Positions 7,146-17,434 of a stretch of DNA of 21,098 nucleotides are shown in pieces. The translations under genes were made by a program, and so were the position numbers. Source of the DNA: Clostridia bacterium (lineage in GTDB: Bacteria; Bacillota; Clostridia; UMGS1883; UMGS1540); contig JAZSIR010000015.1 in the NCBI GenBank assembly GCA_045533905.1, forward strand, positions 1-21,098, written 5' to 3'. The notes under the pieces were generated by a model. It was not told where the DNA came from. It saw only the letters and a list, made by a program, of their open reading frames with translations, and made no database searches. Position 1 is the first letter of the stretch; each line of letters opens with the position of its first letter.

Positions 7146-8642
7146 TTAAGCTTTCTTTTTCGTAACTAAACTCACAAGGGGCGTTACGAGAAGCGACACG
7201 CCCATGGCGATTACACCATAGATTGCCGCATTTCCGATTGCGCCTTGGAAATTTTCTGTAATTGTTTTAATAAGGGTCAGTACGCCTACGACCACGGTGC
7301 CGGACAAAAGACCGCACCAAGCGCCCGTTTTCGTAATCCACTTTGCCGATACGCCCCAGATGAATGGCCCGATAAAGCAGCCTGCCACCACGCCCCAAGA
7401 AAAGGACATAATATTTACAATAATCGAAATATTAGAGATGGCAAAGAGGAACGATAAAAAGATAAACAAAAGACATAATAGACGCGTAAGGAGCATCTGT
7501 GTCTTTTTCGTATGATTCGGTTTAAGAATCGGGAAAAGGTCTACACTGATTGCCGAAGCGCTACTTAACACAATGGCAGAAAGCGTGGACATAGATGCCG
7601 ACAAAAGAAGAAGCAGCATAACCGCCAAAATAATGGTGGAGAACAAATTCGTATCTCCCAGTGCCGCCATAAGTGTATTGGGAACAACAGAATCGTATCC
7701 GCCAAGAGGAAGTGTATTATCGAGGAAAATACGCCCGAGCGAGCCGGTAAAGTAAGCACCCACGCCAATCAAAAGACAAAATGCTGTTGCCACCACCGTG
7801 GCGGTTTTAATGGACTTTTCGTCGCGGATGGCATAATACTTTCCTACCATCTGCGGAAGCCCGAGCGTACCGACGCTCGTTAAAAGAATGTTAAAGAGAA
7901 GCGGTTTCCATCGACTTCCGCCAAAGGGGCTCAAAAGGTCCACACCGTCTGCCTCGCCAAACGCGCGAAGCTTTTCTACAGCACCTGAAAGGCCGCCGAC
8001 TTTCTCATGCCCCAAAAGAAGCGCGAGCATACAAATCACGCCGAAAATCATGATAAGACCCTGCACAAAATCTGTGCGCGAAGATGCGACATAACCGCCA
8101 AGCACCAGATAAATACTCGAAAGCACCGCGATTGCGAGCATCAAAACCCAAACATCCACGTTCGGGAAAATGACATTGAACATAGAACCGAGGCCTTTAT
8201 ATACAGCTGCCGAATACGGCACCAAAAATACGAAAATCACAAGCGCCGCGTATATCTTCATGGCCGTCGAACCAAAGCGTTTTTCGAAAAACTCCGGCAT
8301 CGTTTTGGCGCCGAGCGCATGTGTCATATTCCGCGTGCGACGAGCAAGGAGCAGCCAAGAAAGGAGGCAGCCTATAAGCGCGTTAAAAACGCCAATCCAC
8401 ATGCCGGAAAAACCTACCGTCCACCCTTGCTGTCCTGCATATCCTACAAAAATTACAGCCGAGAAATAGCTCGTGCCGTACGAGAACGCCGTGAGCCACG
8501 GCCCTATTTTGCGCCCTCCAAGTAAGAACCCTTCCATGGAGGATGCACGTTTTGCGCTATAGACCCCGATTGCAATCATTAAGACCGCAAAGAGACAGAG
8601 CGCAATGCTTGTGACAAGCTGTACATGTCCCAAATTTTCCAC
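7146..8642 (-). CDS. Sodium:solute symporter family protein
   Basis: Very hydrophobic 498 aa. FLLGGRKIGPW, TMPEFFEKRF, GGYVASSRTDFVQG, SASMST motifs. GTG start. Confidence 0.92.
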   Translation of the reverse strand: MENLGHVQLVTSIALCLFAVLMIAIGVYSAKRASSMEGFLLGGRKIGPWLTAFSYGTSYFSAVIFVGYAGQQGWTVGFSGMWIGVFNALIGCLLSWLLLARRTRNMTHALGAKTMPEFFEKRFGSTAMKIYAALVIFVFLVPYSAAVYKGLGSMFNVIFPNVDVWVLMLAIAVLSSIYLVLGGYVASSRTDFVQGLIMIFGVICMLALLLGHEKVGGLSGAVEKLRAFGEADGVDLLSPFGGSRWKPLLFNILLTSVGTLGLPQMVGKYYAIRDEKSIKTATVVATAFCLLIGVGAYFTGSLGRIFLDNTLPLGGYDSVVPNTLMAALGDTNLFSTIILAVMLLLLLSASMSTLSAIVLSSASAISVDLFPILKPNHTKKTQMLLTRLLCLLFIFLSFLFAISNISIIVNIMSFSWGVVAGCFIGPFIWGVSAKWITKTGAWCGLLSGTVVVGVLTLIKTITENFQGAIGNAAIYGVIAMGVSLLVTPLVSLVTKKKA

Positions 8643-8667
8643 TTTTTCTTCCGTCCTTCCGTACTAC

Positions 8668-8700
8668 AAAAATCTATATACACCGCCCCGTGCGGGTATA
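8668..8700 (-). terminator. Possible weak terminator after prfA
   Basis: Minus strand TATAC-CCGC-ACGGG-GCGG-T-GTATA then TAGATTTTT (bulged stem, displaced U tract). Confidence 0.35.
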
Positions 8701-8702
8701 CG

Positions 8703-9773
8703 CTACATATCTGTGCCTTTTAATTTCTCGCTCTGCGCATTCGTAATGAGGGCGTCGATTACTTCGTCAAGGTCACCGTTTAAAAAGGCTTCTATTTTAT
8801 AAATGGTGAGACCGATGCGGTGGTCGCTGATGCGTCCCTGCGGGAAGTTATAGGTACGAATTCGTTCGCTTCGGTCACCCGTACCGACCTGGCTCTTTCT
8901 TTCCTGGGCAATAGAATCGTGCTGCTGTTGTTGCATAAGGTCATAGATGCGGGAACGCAGAATTTTCATGCCCTTATCTTTATTCTTGTGCTGGCTCTTT
9001 TCATCCTGACAGGAAACGACAATGCCCGTGGGAATATGCGTGATGCGAACGGCGGAGTCGGTCGTATTTACACACTGACCGCCGGGACCGCCTGCGCGGA
9101 ACACATCGATTTTCAAATCATTCTGGTTAATTTCCACTTCCACTTCCTCGACTTCGGGAAGCACCGCAACAGTTACGGTGGAAGTATGAATGCGCCCACC
9201 GGATTCTGTGGCCGGCACGCGCTGTACACGGTGCACGCCGCTTTCGAACTTCAGGCGGCTATATGCCCCCTGCCCTTCAATCATAAACGAAATTTCTTTA
9301 ATACCGCCGATATCGGTGACGTTAGAACTTAAAACTTCGATTTTCCAGCGTCTTGCCTCGGCGTACATGGAATACATACGGTAAAGTTCTGCCGCGAAAA
9401 GGGCAGCTTCATCGCCGCCTGCGCCGCCGCGGATTTCCACGATAACGTTTTTATCGTCATTTGGGTCTTTCGGCAAAAGGAGGATTTTCAGTTCCTCGGA
9501 AAGTGCTTCGATTTTCTCTTTCGATTCCACGATTTCAGCCTGCAGCATTTCCTTAAACTCTTTATCCGTTTCCGTTTCAAGAAGAAGGTTTGCTTCCTCA
9601 ATCGTTTCTTTTGCGGCCTTGTATTCACGGTATTTATCGACAATGGGCGTAATGTCAGAATGCTCCTTGCAAAGCTTTCTCCACGTGTCCTGATCTGCAA
9701 TTACCGCGGGGTCGCTTATCTTTACGCTCAGTTCTTCATGTCTTGATTCAATAAAGGATAATTTCTCAAACAT
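8703..9773 (-). CDS. prfA: Peptide chain release factor 1
   Basis: [13 protein letters not shown] (RF1 PxT motif), GGQ motif, [17 protein letters not shown] at 9773 with GGAG RBS. Confidence 0.97.
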   Translation of the reverse strand: MFEKLSFIESRHEELSVKISDPAVIADQDTWRKLCKEHSDITPIVDKYREYKAAKETIEEANLLLETETDKEFKEMLQAEIVESKEKIEALSEELKILLLPKDPNDDKNVIVEIRGGAGGDEAALFAAELYRMYSMYAEARRWKIEVLSSNVTDIGGIKEISFMIEGQGAYSRLKFESGVHRVQRVPATESGGRIHTSTVTVAVLPEVEEVEVEINQNDLKIDVFRAGGPGGQCVNTTDSAVRITHIPTGIVVSCQDEKSQHKNKDKGMKILRSRIYDLMQQQQHDSIAQERKSQVGTGDRSERIRTYNFPQGRISDHRIGLTIYKIEAFLNGDLDEVIDALITNAQSEKLKGTDM

Positions 9774-9807
9774 CGACTTTCTCCGTTCTGTTTCCATTTG
9801 ATATAGT

Positions 9808-9836
9808 ATTATATCACAAAGTGCTCCATTTGTCAA
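9808..9836 (-). promoter_or_regulatory. SigA promoter of prfA
   Basis: Perfect TTGACA-17 bp-TATAAT with extended -10 TG. Confidence 0.9.
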
Positions 9837-9861
9837 CGAAAAGTACGCGTAAAATACAGAC

Positions 9862-9899
9862 AAAAAGCACTTTGAAGGCTATCCCTCAAAGTGCTTTTT
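9862..9899 (-). terminator. Intrinsic terminator after rqcP
   Basis: AAAAAGCACTTTGA-N10-TCAAAGTGCTTTTT immediately after the stop codon. Confidence 0.85.
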
Positions 9900-9901
9900 A
9901 C

Positions 9902-10150
9902 TTATGCTTCCCCGATAATTCTGTACATGGAAGAGGCATCGTCCTTCGTGACATGTTCCTTCAAAGAAAGAACCTCTGCCCGTATGGTTTTTCCGCCGAA
10001 GCCAATCTCGATAACATCCCCGATTTTGACTTCTGCGCCGGCCTTTACAACGCGGTCGCCAATTTTTACGCGCCCGGCCGTGCAGGCCTCATTTGCCACA
10101 GTACGCCTTTTAATCAGGCGGGAAACTTTCAAAAACTTATCAATTCGCAT
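9902..10150 (-). CDS. rqcP: S4-domain RNA-binding protein RqcP/YabO (ribosome quality control)
   Basis: MRIDKFLKVSRLIKRRTVANEAC..VKIGDVIEIGFG, 82 aa. Confidence 0.88.
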   Translation of the reverse strand: MRIDKFLKVSRLIKRRTVANEACTAGRVKIGDRVVKAGAEVKIGDVIEIGFGGKTIRAEVLSLKEHVTKDDASSMYRIIGEA

Positions 10151-10167
10151 TTTGCTCTCCGAATGTT

Positions 10168-11874
10168 CTATTTGGAAACGCCCAAAAGCATATTGACGCT
10201 CTCGGAAATCGCTTCAATTTTTGCATCAATGTTGCCGCGTGCTACGCCTGCATAAATCTTGAATTTCGGTTCCGTGCCGGAGGGACGGAATGCCACCCAG
10301 CTCTTATCCTCCAGTTCAAAACGCAGAACATTGGAGGGCGGAAGCGATATTTTCGCACTTTTTCCGCTTTCAAGGTCGTACCGGATGCCTTCGGCAAAAT
10401 CGGTATAGGCAACAACGCGGGACCAGCCGATTACCTTCGGCACATCCTTTCGGAGATTTACCATAAGACTCTTGATCTTCTCCAGACCGTCAGTTCCTTC
10501 GAAATAGATGCTTCTCGCCCATTCTTTATGGATGCCGTATTTTGCATACAAATCGCGCATCACATCGCAAAGCGTCAGCCCGCGTGTCTGGTACCATGCG
10601 GCCATTTCGGCAATCATAAGGGAGGCTGAAACGCCATCCTTATCTCTTGCATAATCGCCCACAAGGTAGCCGTAGCTTTCTTCAAAGCCGAACACGAAGT
10701 TCATATCCCCTGCCTCTTCGTGAGTCCGGATTGTGTCGGCGATATACTTAAAGCCGGTGAGAACATCGATAAGCTCAACCCCATAGCGATCGGTTACACA
10801 CCGCACCATTTCAGAGGTTACAACGGTTTTCACAACATACGGATTTTCCGGCAGAAGCCCAAGACCGGTTTTCTGCGAGAGAATGTATTCCGTCAGAAGA
10901 ACGCCTGTCATATTCCCTGTAAATGCCACAAACGAGCCATCCGCCTCGCGGCCCAAAAGACCCACGCGATCAGAGTCGGGGTCGGTACCGATAATAATAT
11001 CGGCGCCTACGCGGTTTGCAAGCTCAATCGCGAGCGCGAAGCCTTCCTTTTCCTCAGGATTGGGGCTTTTAACGGTGGGAAATTCGCCATCGGGAGCTTC
11101 CTGTTCCGAAACGGTATATACCTTCTTAAAGCCTGCACGGCGAAGCACCTCTTTGACAGGCACTGCACCTGCGCCGTGGAACGGCGTGTAGACGATTTTA
11201 AGGTCGGCCGCAGTCTGCCCGAGGTCGCAATGAATCCTCTGCGACAAAACGGCTTCGTAATACGGCGTGTCCACCTCTTCATTGATATAACGAATGAGCG
11301 GATCGTCTGCCGCGCTTTCGGGAATATCCCCGAAAACATCGATTTCTTCCATTTTGTGCAAAATATAATCTGCCGCTTCGCCCGAAACCTGGCCGCCATC
11401 GGGGCCATAGACCTTATACCCGTTATACTTTGCGGGGTTATGGCTTGCAGTTACCACAATACCGGCCTCGCAGCCAAGGTGCCGTACCGCAAAGCTCAGT
11501 TCCGGTGTGGGACGAAGCTCTGTGAAAAGATACACGCGGATGCCGTTTCCGGCCAGAACGCGAGCTGCAGCGAGGGCAAACTCAGGAGAATAGTGACGGC
11601 TGTCATACGCGATGACAACGCCGCGCTCCGCGCCGCCCTGTTCCTTTACGTACATTGCAAGACCTTGCGTGGCACGGCGCACGGTGTATACATTCATACG
11701 GTCTGTACCGGCGCCTAAAATGCCGCGCAGACCACCCGTACCGAACTTCAGGTCGGAAAGAAAGCGTTCTTTTATTTCCTGTTCATTATCGCCGATAGCC
11801 ATAAGCTCAAGCTTTATTTCATCGTCGAGTTTATCATATGCAAGCCAAGCGTTATACTTTTCTAAATAATTCAT
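10168..11874 (-). CDS. pgm: Phosphoglucomutase / phospho-sugar mutase (PgcA-like)
   Basis: FGTGGLRG, catalytic TASHNP, metal loop DPDSDR, FEESYG, RPSGTEPK. Confidence 0.93.
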   Translation of the reverse strand: MNYLEKYNAWLAYDKLDDEIKLELMAIGDNEQEIKERFLSDLKFGTGGLRGILGAGTDRMNVYTVRRATQGLAMYVKEQGGAERGVVIAYDSRHYSPEFALAAARVLAGNGIRVYLFTELRPTPELSFAVRHLGCEAGIVVTASHNPAKYNGYKVYGPDGGQVSGEAADYILHKMEEIDVFGDIPESAADDPLIRYINEEVDTPYYEAVLSQRIHCDLGQTAADLKIVYTPFHGAGAVPVKEVLRRAGFKKVYTVSEQEAPDGEFPTVKSPNPEEKEGFALAIELANRVGADIIIGTDPDSDRVGLLGREADGSFVAFTGNMTGVLLTEYILSQKTGLGLLPENPYVVKTVVTSEMVRCVTDRYGVELIDVLTGFKYIADTIRTHEEAGDMNFVFGFEESYGYLVGDYARDKDGVSASLMIAEMAAWYQTRGLTLCDVMRDLYAKYGIHKEWARSIYFEGTDGLEKIKSLMVNLRKDVPKVIGWSRVVAYTDFAEGIRYDLESGKSAKISLPPSNVLRFELEDKSWVAFRPSGTEPKFKIYAGVARGNIDAKIEAISESVNMLLGVSK

Positions 11875-11897
11875 AGTCTGCCTTTCTGTCCTGCTTT

Positions 11898-13289
11898 TTA
11901 GAATACAAATGCATCCTTCAAGTAGTTTTCGAGGTCTTCCATCTTTACTCTTTCCTGCTGCATCGAATCTCTGTGGCGAATCGTTACGCTGCCGTCGGTT
12001 TCGCTGTCAAAGTCATACGTAATGCAGAACGGAGTTCCGATTTCGTCCTGTCTTCTGTAGCGCTTGCCGATACTGCCGGCCTCGTCATATTCGCACATAT
12101 ATTTCTTCGAAAGCTTTGCATAGAGTTCGCCGGCGCCATCCGCCAGTTTCTTTGAAAGCGGAAGTACCGCAATCTTAATAGGCGCAAGTGCCGGATGGAG
12201 ACGAAGTACAACGCGTGTGTCGCCGCCCTCAAGCTCTTCTTCATCATATGCATCTACTAAAAATGCAAGCGTTACGCGGTCTGCACCGAGCGACGGCTCC
12301 ACACAGTAGGGCACATACTTTTCGTTTGTAACCGGATCCATGTATTCCATATTTTCGCCGGAATGCATCGCGTGCTGCTTTAAGTCATAATCCGTTCTGT
12401 CGGCAATGCCCCAAAGTTCGCCCCAGCCAAACGGGAACATAAATTCGATGTCTGTTGTGGCGTTGGAGTAGTGAGAAAGCTCTTCCTGCGAATGGTCGCG
12501 CATTTTGAGGTTTTCTTCGCGGATGCCGAGGGACAAAAGCCAGTTTTTGCAGTAATCCTTCCAGTAGGCAAACCACTGGAGGTCTTCGCCCGGCTTGCAG
12601 AAAAATTCGAGTTCCATCTGCTCAAACTCACGGATACGGAAAATGAAGTTGCCCGGTGTGATTTCGTTACGGAACGACTTACCTACCTGCCCGATACCAA
12701 ACGGAATCTTGCGGCGTGTGGTACGCTGTACGTTCTTGAAGTTTACGAAAATACCCTGGGCCGTTTCGGGACGGAGATAGAGTTCAGAGCTCGAGTCCTC
12801 CGTAACGCCCTGGAAGGTTTTATACATAAGGTTGAACTTACGAATATCCGTAAAGTCATGCTTGCCGCACTTGGGGCACGGAATTGCATTTTCGCGGATG
12901 TATTCCAGCATTTTTTCGTTGGACCAGCCGTCTACCGGTTCGCTTTCGCCCTTTTCGGCCATAAAGTCTTCAATGAGCTTATCGGCGCGGTATCTTGCCT
13001 TACATTCGCGGCAGTCCATCAAAGGATCACTGAAGCCGCCAACGTGGCCGCTTGCCACCCATGTCTTCGGGTTCATAAGGATCGCTGCATCAAGACCTAC
13101 ATTGTAGGGCGATTCCATAATGAACTTCTGCCACCATGCACGCTTTATGTTATTTTTGAACTCTACGCCTAAAGGGCCGTAGTCCCAAGCGTTAGAAAGT
13201 CCGCCGTAAATCTCGGAGCCTGGATATACATACCCTCTCCCCTTACAAAGATTTACGATTTTTTCCATTGTCTTTTTCGTATTTTCCAT
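11898..13289 (-). CDS. glyQS: Glycine-tRNA ligase, alpha2 (homodimeric) type
   Basis: [48 protein letters not shown], anticodon domain [18 protein letters not shown] at 13289. Confidence 0.96.
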   Translation of the reverse strand: MENTKKTMEKIVNLCKGRGYVYPGSEIYGGLSNAWDYGPLGVEFKNNIKRAWWQKFIMESPYNVGLDAAILMNPKTWVASGHVGGFSDPLMDCRECKARYRADKLIEDFMAEKGESEPVDGWSNEKMLEYIRENAIPCPKCGKHDFTDIRKFNLMYKTFQGVTEDSSSELYLRPETAQGIFVNFKNVQRTTRRKIPFGIGQVGKSFRNEITPGNFIFRIREFEQMELEFFCKPGEDLQWFAYWKDYCKNWLLSLGIREENLKMRDHSQEELSHYSNATTDIEFMFPFGWGELWGIADRTDYDLKQHAMHSGENMEYMDPVTNEKYVPYCVEPSLGADRVTLAFLVDAYDEEELEGGDTRVVLRLHPALAPIKIAVLPLSKKLADGAGELYAKLSKKYMCEYDEAGSIGKRYRRQDEIGTPFCITYDFDSETDGSVTIRHRDSMQQERVKMEDLENYLKDAFVF

Positions 13290-14521
13290 AACACACTTTC
13301 CTTTCCTGCCGCTTTCGGGCATACTCTGGCTTCTGCCATTTCGCAGTGTAAAAGGCGCCGGATGAGTGTATCCACTCTTTCTTTCGTTACGCTTTCCATT
13401 TCGGAAAGCACTTCCTCGGCGCAAGGTACTGTATCATACAAAAGCATATTGCGCCCGAGCGTCTGCATCCGGCCGCTTACGCTTTCTCTTCCCATTATGT
13501 AGCCTGTTCGCATTTGCGAAAGGCTTCTTACAAGTTCTTCCTCTGTAATGCCGTTTTGAAGAAGATCCTCTGTCTCCTTCCGGATTAATTCGCGGACCGT
13601 ATCCGCATTCTCGGGCGAAACCCCTGCATAGATAAGAAGCATTCCGGCATTTTTAAAACCTTCCGCCGCGGCATAGATAGAATAGGCAAGGCCTTTTTCT
13701 TCACGGATTTTCTGAAAAAGGCGCGAGGACATTCCGCCGCCGAAAGCGCCAACAAAGGCCGCCATCACGTACTTATCCGGATCATTTTGCGAAAGGCCGG
13801 GGTATCCTATGGCGATATGTGTCTGCTCGATATCCTTGGTTTTTACGATGTTTCCCGTGCAAAACGGAACCTCGGAATACGCCGTAAATACTTCCCCGCC
13901 CGGAAGGCTTCCAAAATACTTTTCAGCAAGTTCTATGACCTTTTCCTCATCAAATGCGCCGGCAATCGCCAGCACGGTATTATCCGCGGTATAGAATTTT
14001 TCGCGGAAGGCTAAAAGGTCGGCCGCGTGAATGTTTCCCACCGTTTCGCGCGTGCCTGCAATGCCGAAGCCCAAGGGGTTTTCACCCCACGCGAGCTTGG
14101 CAAGGCTTTCCACCGCCACATCCTCTGGGGAATCTTCGTACATACTGATTTCCTCGAGAATGACGCCTCGCTCAAGCTCCGTTTCTTCTTCACGGAGAAG
14201 CGAGTGGATATACATATCCGACAGAATATCAAATACCTTTTCAACATCTTCCTCTATGCTTTTTGCATAGTAGCAGGTGTATTCTCTTGTCGTGAATGCG
14301 TTGAGATGTCCCCCAATGGCATCCATTTCAGAGGCGATTTGCACGGCAGTGCGCCTTTCTGTCCCCTTGAAAAGCATATGCTCCATAAAGTGACTTATGC
14401 CGCCTTCCGCCGGTGATTCGGCGCGTGAGCCGACACCGACCCACACGCCAACAGAAACCGAACGGATATGCGGCATTTGTTCGCCCACCACACGCAAACC
14501 ATTTTTAAGCTTTACGTTCAA
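13253..14521 (-). CDS. M16 family zinc peptidase (YmxG/MlpA-like)
   Basis: Inverzincin motif [41 protein letters not shown]. Probable TTG start at 14521, just after the pnp stop. Confidence 0.92.
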   Translation of the reverse strand: MNVKLKNGLRVVGEQMPHIRSVSVGVWVGVGSRAESPAEGGISHFMEHMLFKGTERRTAVQIASEMDAIGGHLNAFTTREYTCYYAKSIEEDVEKVFDILSDMYIHSLLREEETELERGVILEEISMYEDSPEDVAVESLAKLAWGENPLGFGIAGTRETVGNIHAADLLAFREKFYTADNTVLAIAGAFDEEKVIELAEKYFGSLPGGEVFTAYSEVPFCTGNIVKTKDIEQTHIAIGYPGLSQNDPDKYVMAAFVGAFGGGMSSRLFQKIREEKGLAYSIYAAAEGFKNAGMLLIYAGVSPENADTVRELIRKETEDLLQNGITEEELVRSLSQMRTGYIMGRESVSGRMQTLGRNMLLYDTVPCAEEVLSEMESVTKERVDTLIRRLLHCEMAEARVCPKAAGKESVLWKIRKRQWKKS

Positions 14522-14522
14522 A

Positions 14523-16604
14523 TTATTTCTCTTCCTTCGGCAATACTCTGGCGAGGTTGATGCGGCCCATCTTATCGATTTCGATAACGCGGACATCAAT
14601 GGTGTCGCCAATCTGTACTACGTCTTCTACCTTTTCTACGCGGCCGCGGTCAAGCTTCGAGATGTGCACAAGACCGTCTTTGCCGGGCAGGAATTCTACG
14701 AATGCACCGAAGTTCATAATGCGAACAACTTTACCGGTAAATTCCTGACCGGGTTCTACGTCGCTCACGATGCCCTTGATAATGCGCATAGCCTTTTCGC
14801 CTGCTTCCTGGTCAATCGTGGCAATGTATACTCTGCCGTCATCTTCAATATCAATCTTAACGCCGGTTTCAGCGATAATCTTCTGAATTACCTTACCGCC
14901 TGTACCGATAACGTCACGAATCTTATCCACGTCAATCGTCATAGTCATAATCTTCGGTGCGTACTGCGAGAGCTGCGGACGAGCTTCGCCAATGCAGGGA
15001 AGCATAATTTCGTCTAAAATCTTAATGCGGGCTTCCCGTGTCTGCATAAGAGCACGTTCGATGATTTCGGGCGTAAGACCGTCAATCTTAATATCTACCT
15101 GAATGGCTGTGATACCGTTTTTGGTACCGGCAACCTTAAAGTCCATATCGCCGAAGAAGTCTTCAAGACCTTGGATATCTGTCATGGTAATGAAGCGGTC
15201 GCCTTCTGTTACAAGACCGCAGGAGATACCGGCAACAGGAGCCTTAATCGGAACACCGGCGTCCATAAGTGCGAGTGTGGAGCCGCAAACACTACCCTGC
15301 GAGGTGGAACCGTTAGAGCTTAAAACTTCGGATACCACACGGATTGCATACGGGAATTCTTCTTCACTCGGGATAACCGGTTCGAGTGCACGTTCTGCAA
15401 GCGCACCGTGACCGATTTCGCGGCGGCCGGGACCGCGGGACGGTCTCGTTTCGCCTACGCTGTAGGACGGGAAGTTATAGTGGTGCATGTATCTCTTGTA
15501 TTCTTCGGTATCAATACCGTCGAGCATCTGCTGGTCGCCCATAGCGCCGAGGGTAACTACGGACATAACCTGTGTCTGTCCGCGTGTGAAAAGACCGGAG
15601 CCGTGCACGCGCGGCAGAAGTGCTACTTCTGCAGCGAGCGGACGGATGTCATAAAGACCTCTTCCGTCTACGCGGCGGCCTTCATCCAAAATCCAGCGGC
15701 GTACAATATACTTCTGAAGCTTGTACATTACACCGTCGATTTCCTCGGGGGTAACTTCTGTATCTGCATACTTTGCGTATACTTCTTCGTAAACCGGTTT
15801 TAAGCGTTCGTCGCGCTCGGTCTTATCGTTTGTATCGAGTGCCGCCTTTACCTTATCGGTAAATTCTGCACGGATTTCTTCAAACAGGGTTTCAGAAACC
15901 ACAATGCGCTGATATTCGCGCTTCGGCTTGCCGATTTCCTCTGCCATCTGGCGAATGAAGGCGCAAATCTTTTTGATTTCTTCATGTGCCATTAAAATAG
16001 CCTTCAGCATGATGTCTTCCGGCACTTCGTGTGCACCGGCTTCAATCATGTTTACCTTTTCAGCGGTACCGGCTACGGTAAGCTGCAGTGTGCTCTTTTC
16101 TCTCTGTTCGAGCGTGGGGTTAATGATGAGTTCGCCATCTACGAGACCCACCTGCACGCCTGCAATCGGGCCTGCAAACGGGATATCCGAAATGCAGATT
16201 GCGGCGGATGCGCCGATCATAGCGGCGATTTCCGGGGAATTATCCTGCTCTACGGACATAACCGTGGTAATAACCGTTACGTCATTACGAAGGTCAGACG
16301 GGAACAAGGGACGAATGGGACGGTCGATTACGCGGGAAGCGAGGATCGCCTTTTCGGAAGGCTTACCTTCTCTGCGGATGAAGCCACCCGGAATCTTACC
16401 GACTGCGTAAAGCTTTTCTTCATAGTCAACAGAAAGCGGGAAAAAGTCAATCCCCTCTCTCGGTTTTGCGGACATTGTGGCAGTTGCCATAACAGCCGTA
16501 TCGCCGTAGCGAACGAGTACGGCACCGCTGGCGAGCTGCGCGAGCTTGCCGGTTTCAAAGGTTAAGGTTCTACCTGCAAGGGTAGTAGAAAAAATCTTTT
16601 CCAT
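14523..16604 (-). CDS. pnp: Polyribonucleotide nucleotidyltransferase (PNPase)
   Basis: [37 protein letters not shown] domain (VIGTGGKVI) and S1 domain. GGAGG RBS before ATG 16604. Confidence 0.98.
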   Translation of the reverse strand: MEKIFSTTLAGRTLTFETGKLAQLASGAVLVRYGDTAVMATATMSAKPREGIDFFPLSVDYEEKLYAVGKIPGGFIRREGKPSEKAILASRVIDRPIRPLFPSDLRNDVTVITTVMSVEQDNSPEIAAMIGASAAICISDIPFAGPIAGVQVGLVDGELIINPTLEQREKSTLQLTVAGTAEKVNMIEAGAHEVPEDIMLKAILMAHEEIKKICAFIRQMAEEIGKPKREYQRIVVSETLFEEIRAEFTDKVKAALDTNDKTERDERLKPVYEEVYAKYADTEVTPEEIDGVMYKLQKYIVRRWILDEGRRVDGRGLYDIRPLAAEVALLPRVHGSGLFTRGQTQVMSVVTLGAMGDQQMLDGIDTEEYKRYMHHYNFPSYSVGETRPSRGPGRREIGHGALAERALEPVIPSEEEFPYAIRVVSEVLSSNGSTSQGSVCGSTLALMDAGVPIKAPVAGISCGLVTEGDRFITMTDIQGLEDFFGDMDFKVAGTKNGITAIQVDIKIDGLTPEIIERALMQTREARIKILDEIMLPCIGEARPQLSQYAPKIMTMTIDVDKIRDVIGTGGKVIQKIIAETGVKIDIEDDGRVYIATIDQEAGEKAMRIIKGIVSDVEPGQEFTGKVVRIMNFGAFVEFLPGKDGLVHISKLDRGRVEKVEDVVQIGDTIDVRVIEIDKMGRINLARVLPKEEK

Positions 16605-16638
16605 CTTATGTTTTCCTCCAAAAAATTTTATTTTTTTG

Positions 16639-16712
16639 GCCGCCGGGTCTAGCACTTAAATAAGCGTTTTTAAAGGCAAAAGCGCTTATGTAAACGCTAA
16701 ACCGCCGACAAC
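16639..16712 (-). promoter_or_regulatory. Long stem-loop in the pnp 5' leader (candidate RNase III processing site)
   Basis: GGUUUAGCGUUUA-C-AUAAGCG pairs with CGCUUAU-U-UAAGUGCUAGACC, with several G-U pairs that form only on the mRNA strand. Confidence 0.7.
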
Positions 16713-16747
16713 CTTCGGCATTTTAGATGCCATTTGCCATAGGGTGA

Positions 16748-16787
16748 AATAACAAGGCTTGCCGCAAAGTTTCCTCTGCGGCAAGCC
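16748..16787 (-). terminator. rpsO terminator
   Basis: GGCTTGCCGCAGAG-GAAA-CTTTGCGGCAAGCC followed by TTGTTATT. Confidence 0.8.
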
Positions 16788-16793
16788 AATTTG

Positions 16794-17057
16794 TTACTTT
16801 CTCAGGCCGAGCTTTGCGATGAGCTCACGGTATCTTTCGATATCCTTATCCATCAGATAATTCAAAAGACCACGGCGCTGACCAACCATCATCAGAAGAC
16901 CGCGTCTGGAATGGTGATCCTTCTTATGAACCTTAAGGTGTTCATTTAAGTGGTTGATGCGCTCGGTAAGGAGTGCAACCTGCACCTCGGGAGACCCGGT
17001 GTCTGTTTCGTGCACTTTGTAAGTGCTGATGATCTCGCTCTTTACATCTTTCTGCAT
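16794..17057 (-). CDS. rpsO: 30S ribosomal protein S15
   Basis: [42 protein letters not shown] before ATG 17057. Confidence 0.98.
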   Translation of the reverse strand: MQKDVKSEIISTYKVHETDTGSPEVQVALLTERINHLNEHLKVHKKDHHSRRGLLMMVGQRRGLLNYLMDKDIERYRELIAKLGLRK

Positions 17058-17080
17058 ATCTTTCACCTCCTTGTTTTGCT

Positions 17081-17138
17081 AAAATCCCCATGCAGCATAG
17101 CCCAAGGTCGGTTACTCCAAAAGCCAAGCCACAGGTTT
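17081..17138 (-). promoter_or_regulatory. Firmicutes-type S15 autoregulatory leader
   Basis: AACC..GCTTGGC..CCGAC..GGGGATT pattern between promoter and RBS, as in Firmicutes rpsO leaders. Confidence 0.65.
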
Positions 17139-17147
17139 ATCTATGAT

Positions 17148-17176
17148 ATAATACCACACTTTCCAACTGTTGTCAA
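17148..17176 (-). promoter_or_regulatory. SigA promoter of rpsO-pnp
   Basis: TTGACA-17 bp-TATTAT with extended TG and an A-rich UP element upstream. Confidence 0.88.
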
Positions 17177-17281
17177 ATCTTTTTTTGCGATTTTTTCGCT
17201 TTTTCTCTTACTCTTAGGATTCCGTTTTTCCGCAGCTTTATAAGAAGAAAATTTATTTTTATGATTTTTTGCAAAAAACAC

Positions 17282-17310
17282 TTTCCTTTTTCCCCCACTT
17301 GTGGTATACT
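17282..17310 (+). promoter_or_regulatory. Extended -10 promoter of the tRNA gene
   Basis: TGTGG-TATACT (17305-17310) 9 bp before the tRNA; weak -35. Confidence 0.6.
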
Positions 17311-17319
17311 ACTATCGTT

Positions 17320-17394
17320 GTCTCGGTGGCCTAAAGGATAAGGTAATGGATTCCGGTTCCATTGATGCGGGTTCGATTCCTGCCCGGGACGCCA
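17320..17394 (+). tRNA. tRNA-Arg(CCG)
   Basis: Cloverleaf: acceptor GTCTCGG/CCGGGAC, D arm GCCT/AGGT with A20, anticodon arm ATGGA-TTCCGGT-TCCAT (CCG at 17353-17355), T arm GCGGG-TTCGATT-CCTGC, discriminator G, encoded CCA. Confidence 0.96.
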
Positions 17395-17398
17395 AGAG

Positions 17399-17427
17399 AA
17401 AAAGACATCTTCGGATGTCTTTTTTTG
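17399..17427. terminator. Bidirectional terminator between the tRNA and the ECF gene
   Basis: AAAAAGACATC-TTCG-GATGTCTTTTTTT between convergent genes. Confidence 0.9.
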
Positions 17428-17434
17428 TTTTCCT

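Noticed and set aside
9862-9899. AGCACT..AGTGCT dyad resembling CIRCE, with a third CAAAGTGCT copy in the prfA promoter spacer
   Set aside because: Spacing and flanks do not fit TTAGCACTC-N9-GAGTGCTAA. It is better explained as a terminator, and the third copy lies downstream of it so cannot antiterminate.
17320-17434. tRNA-Arg as an island integration site for the ECF genes
   Set aside because: No integrase, no convincing duplicated tRNA 3' end in the window and no compositional shift.
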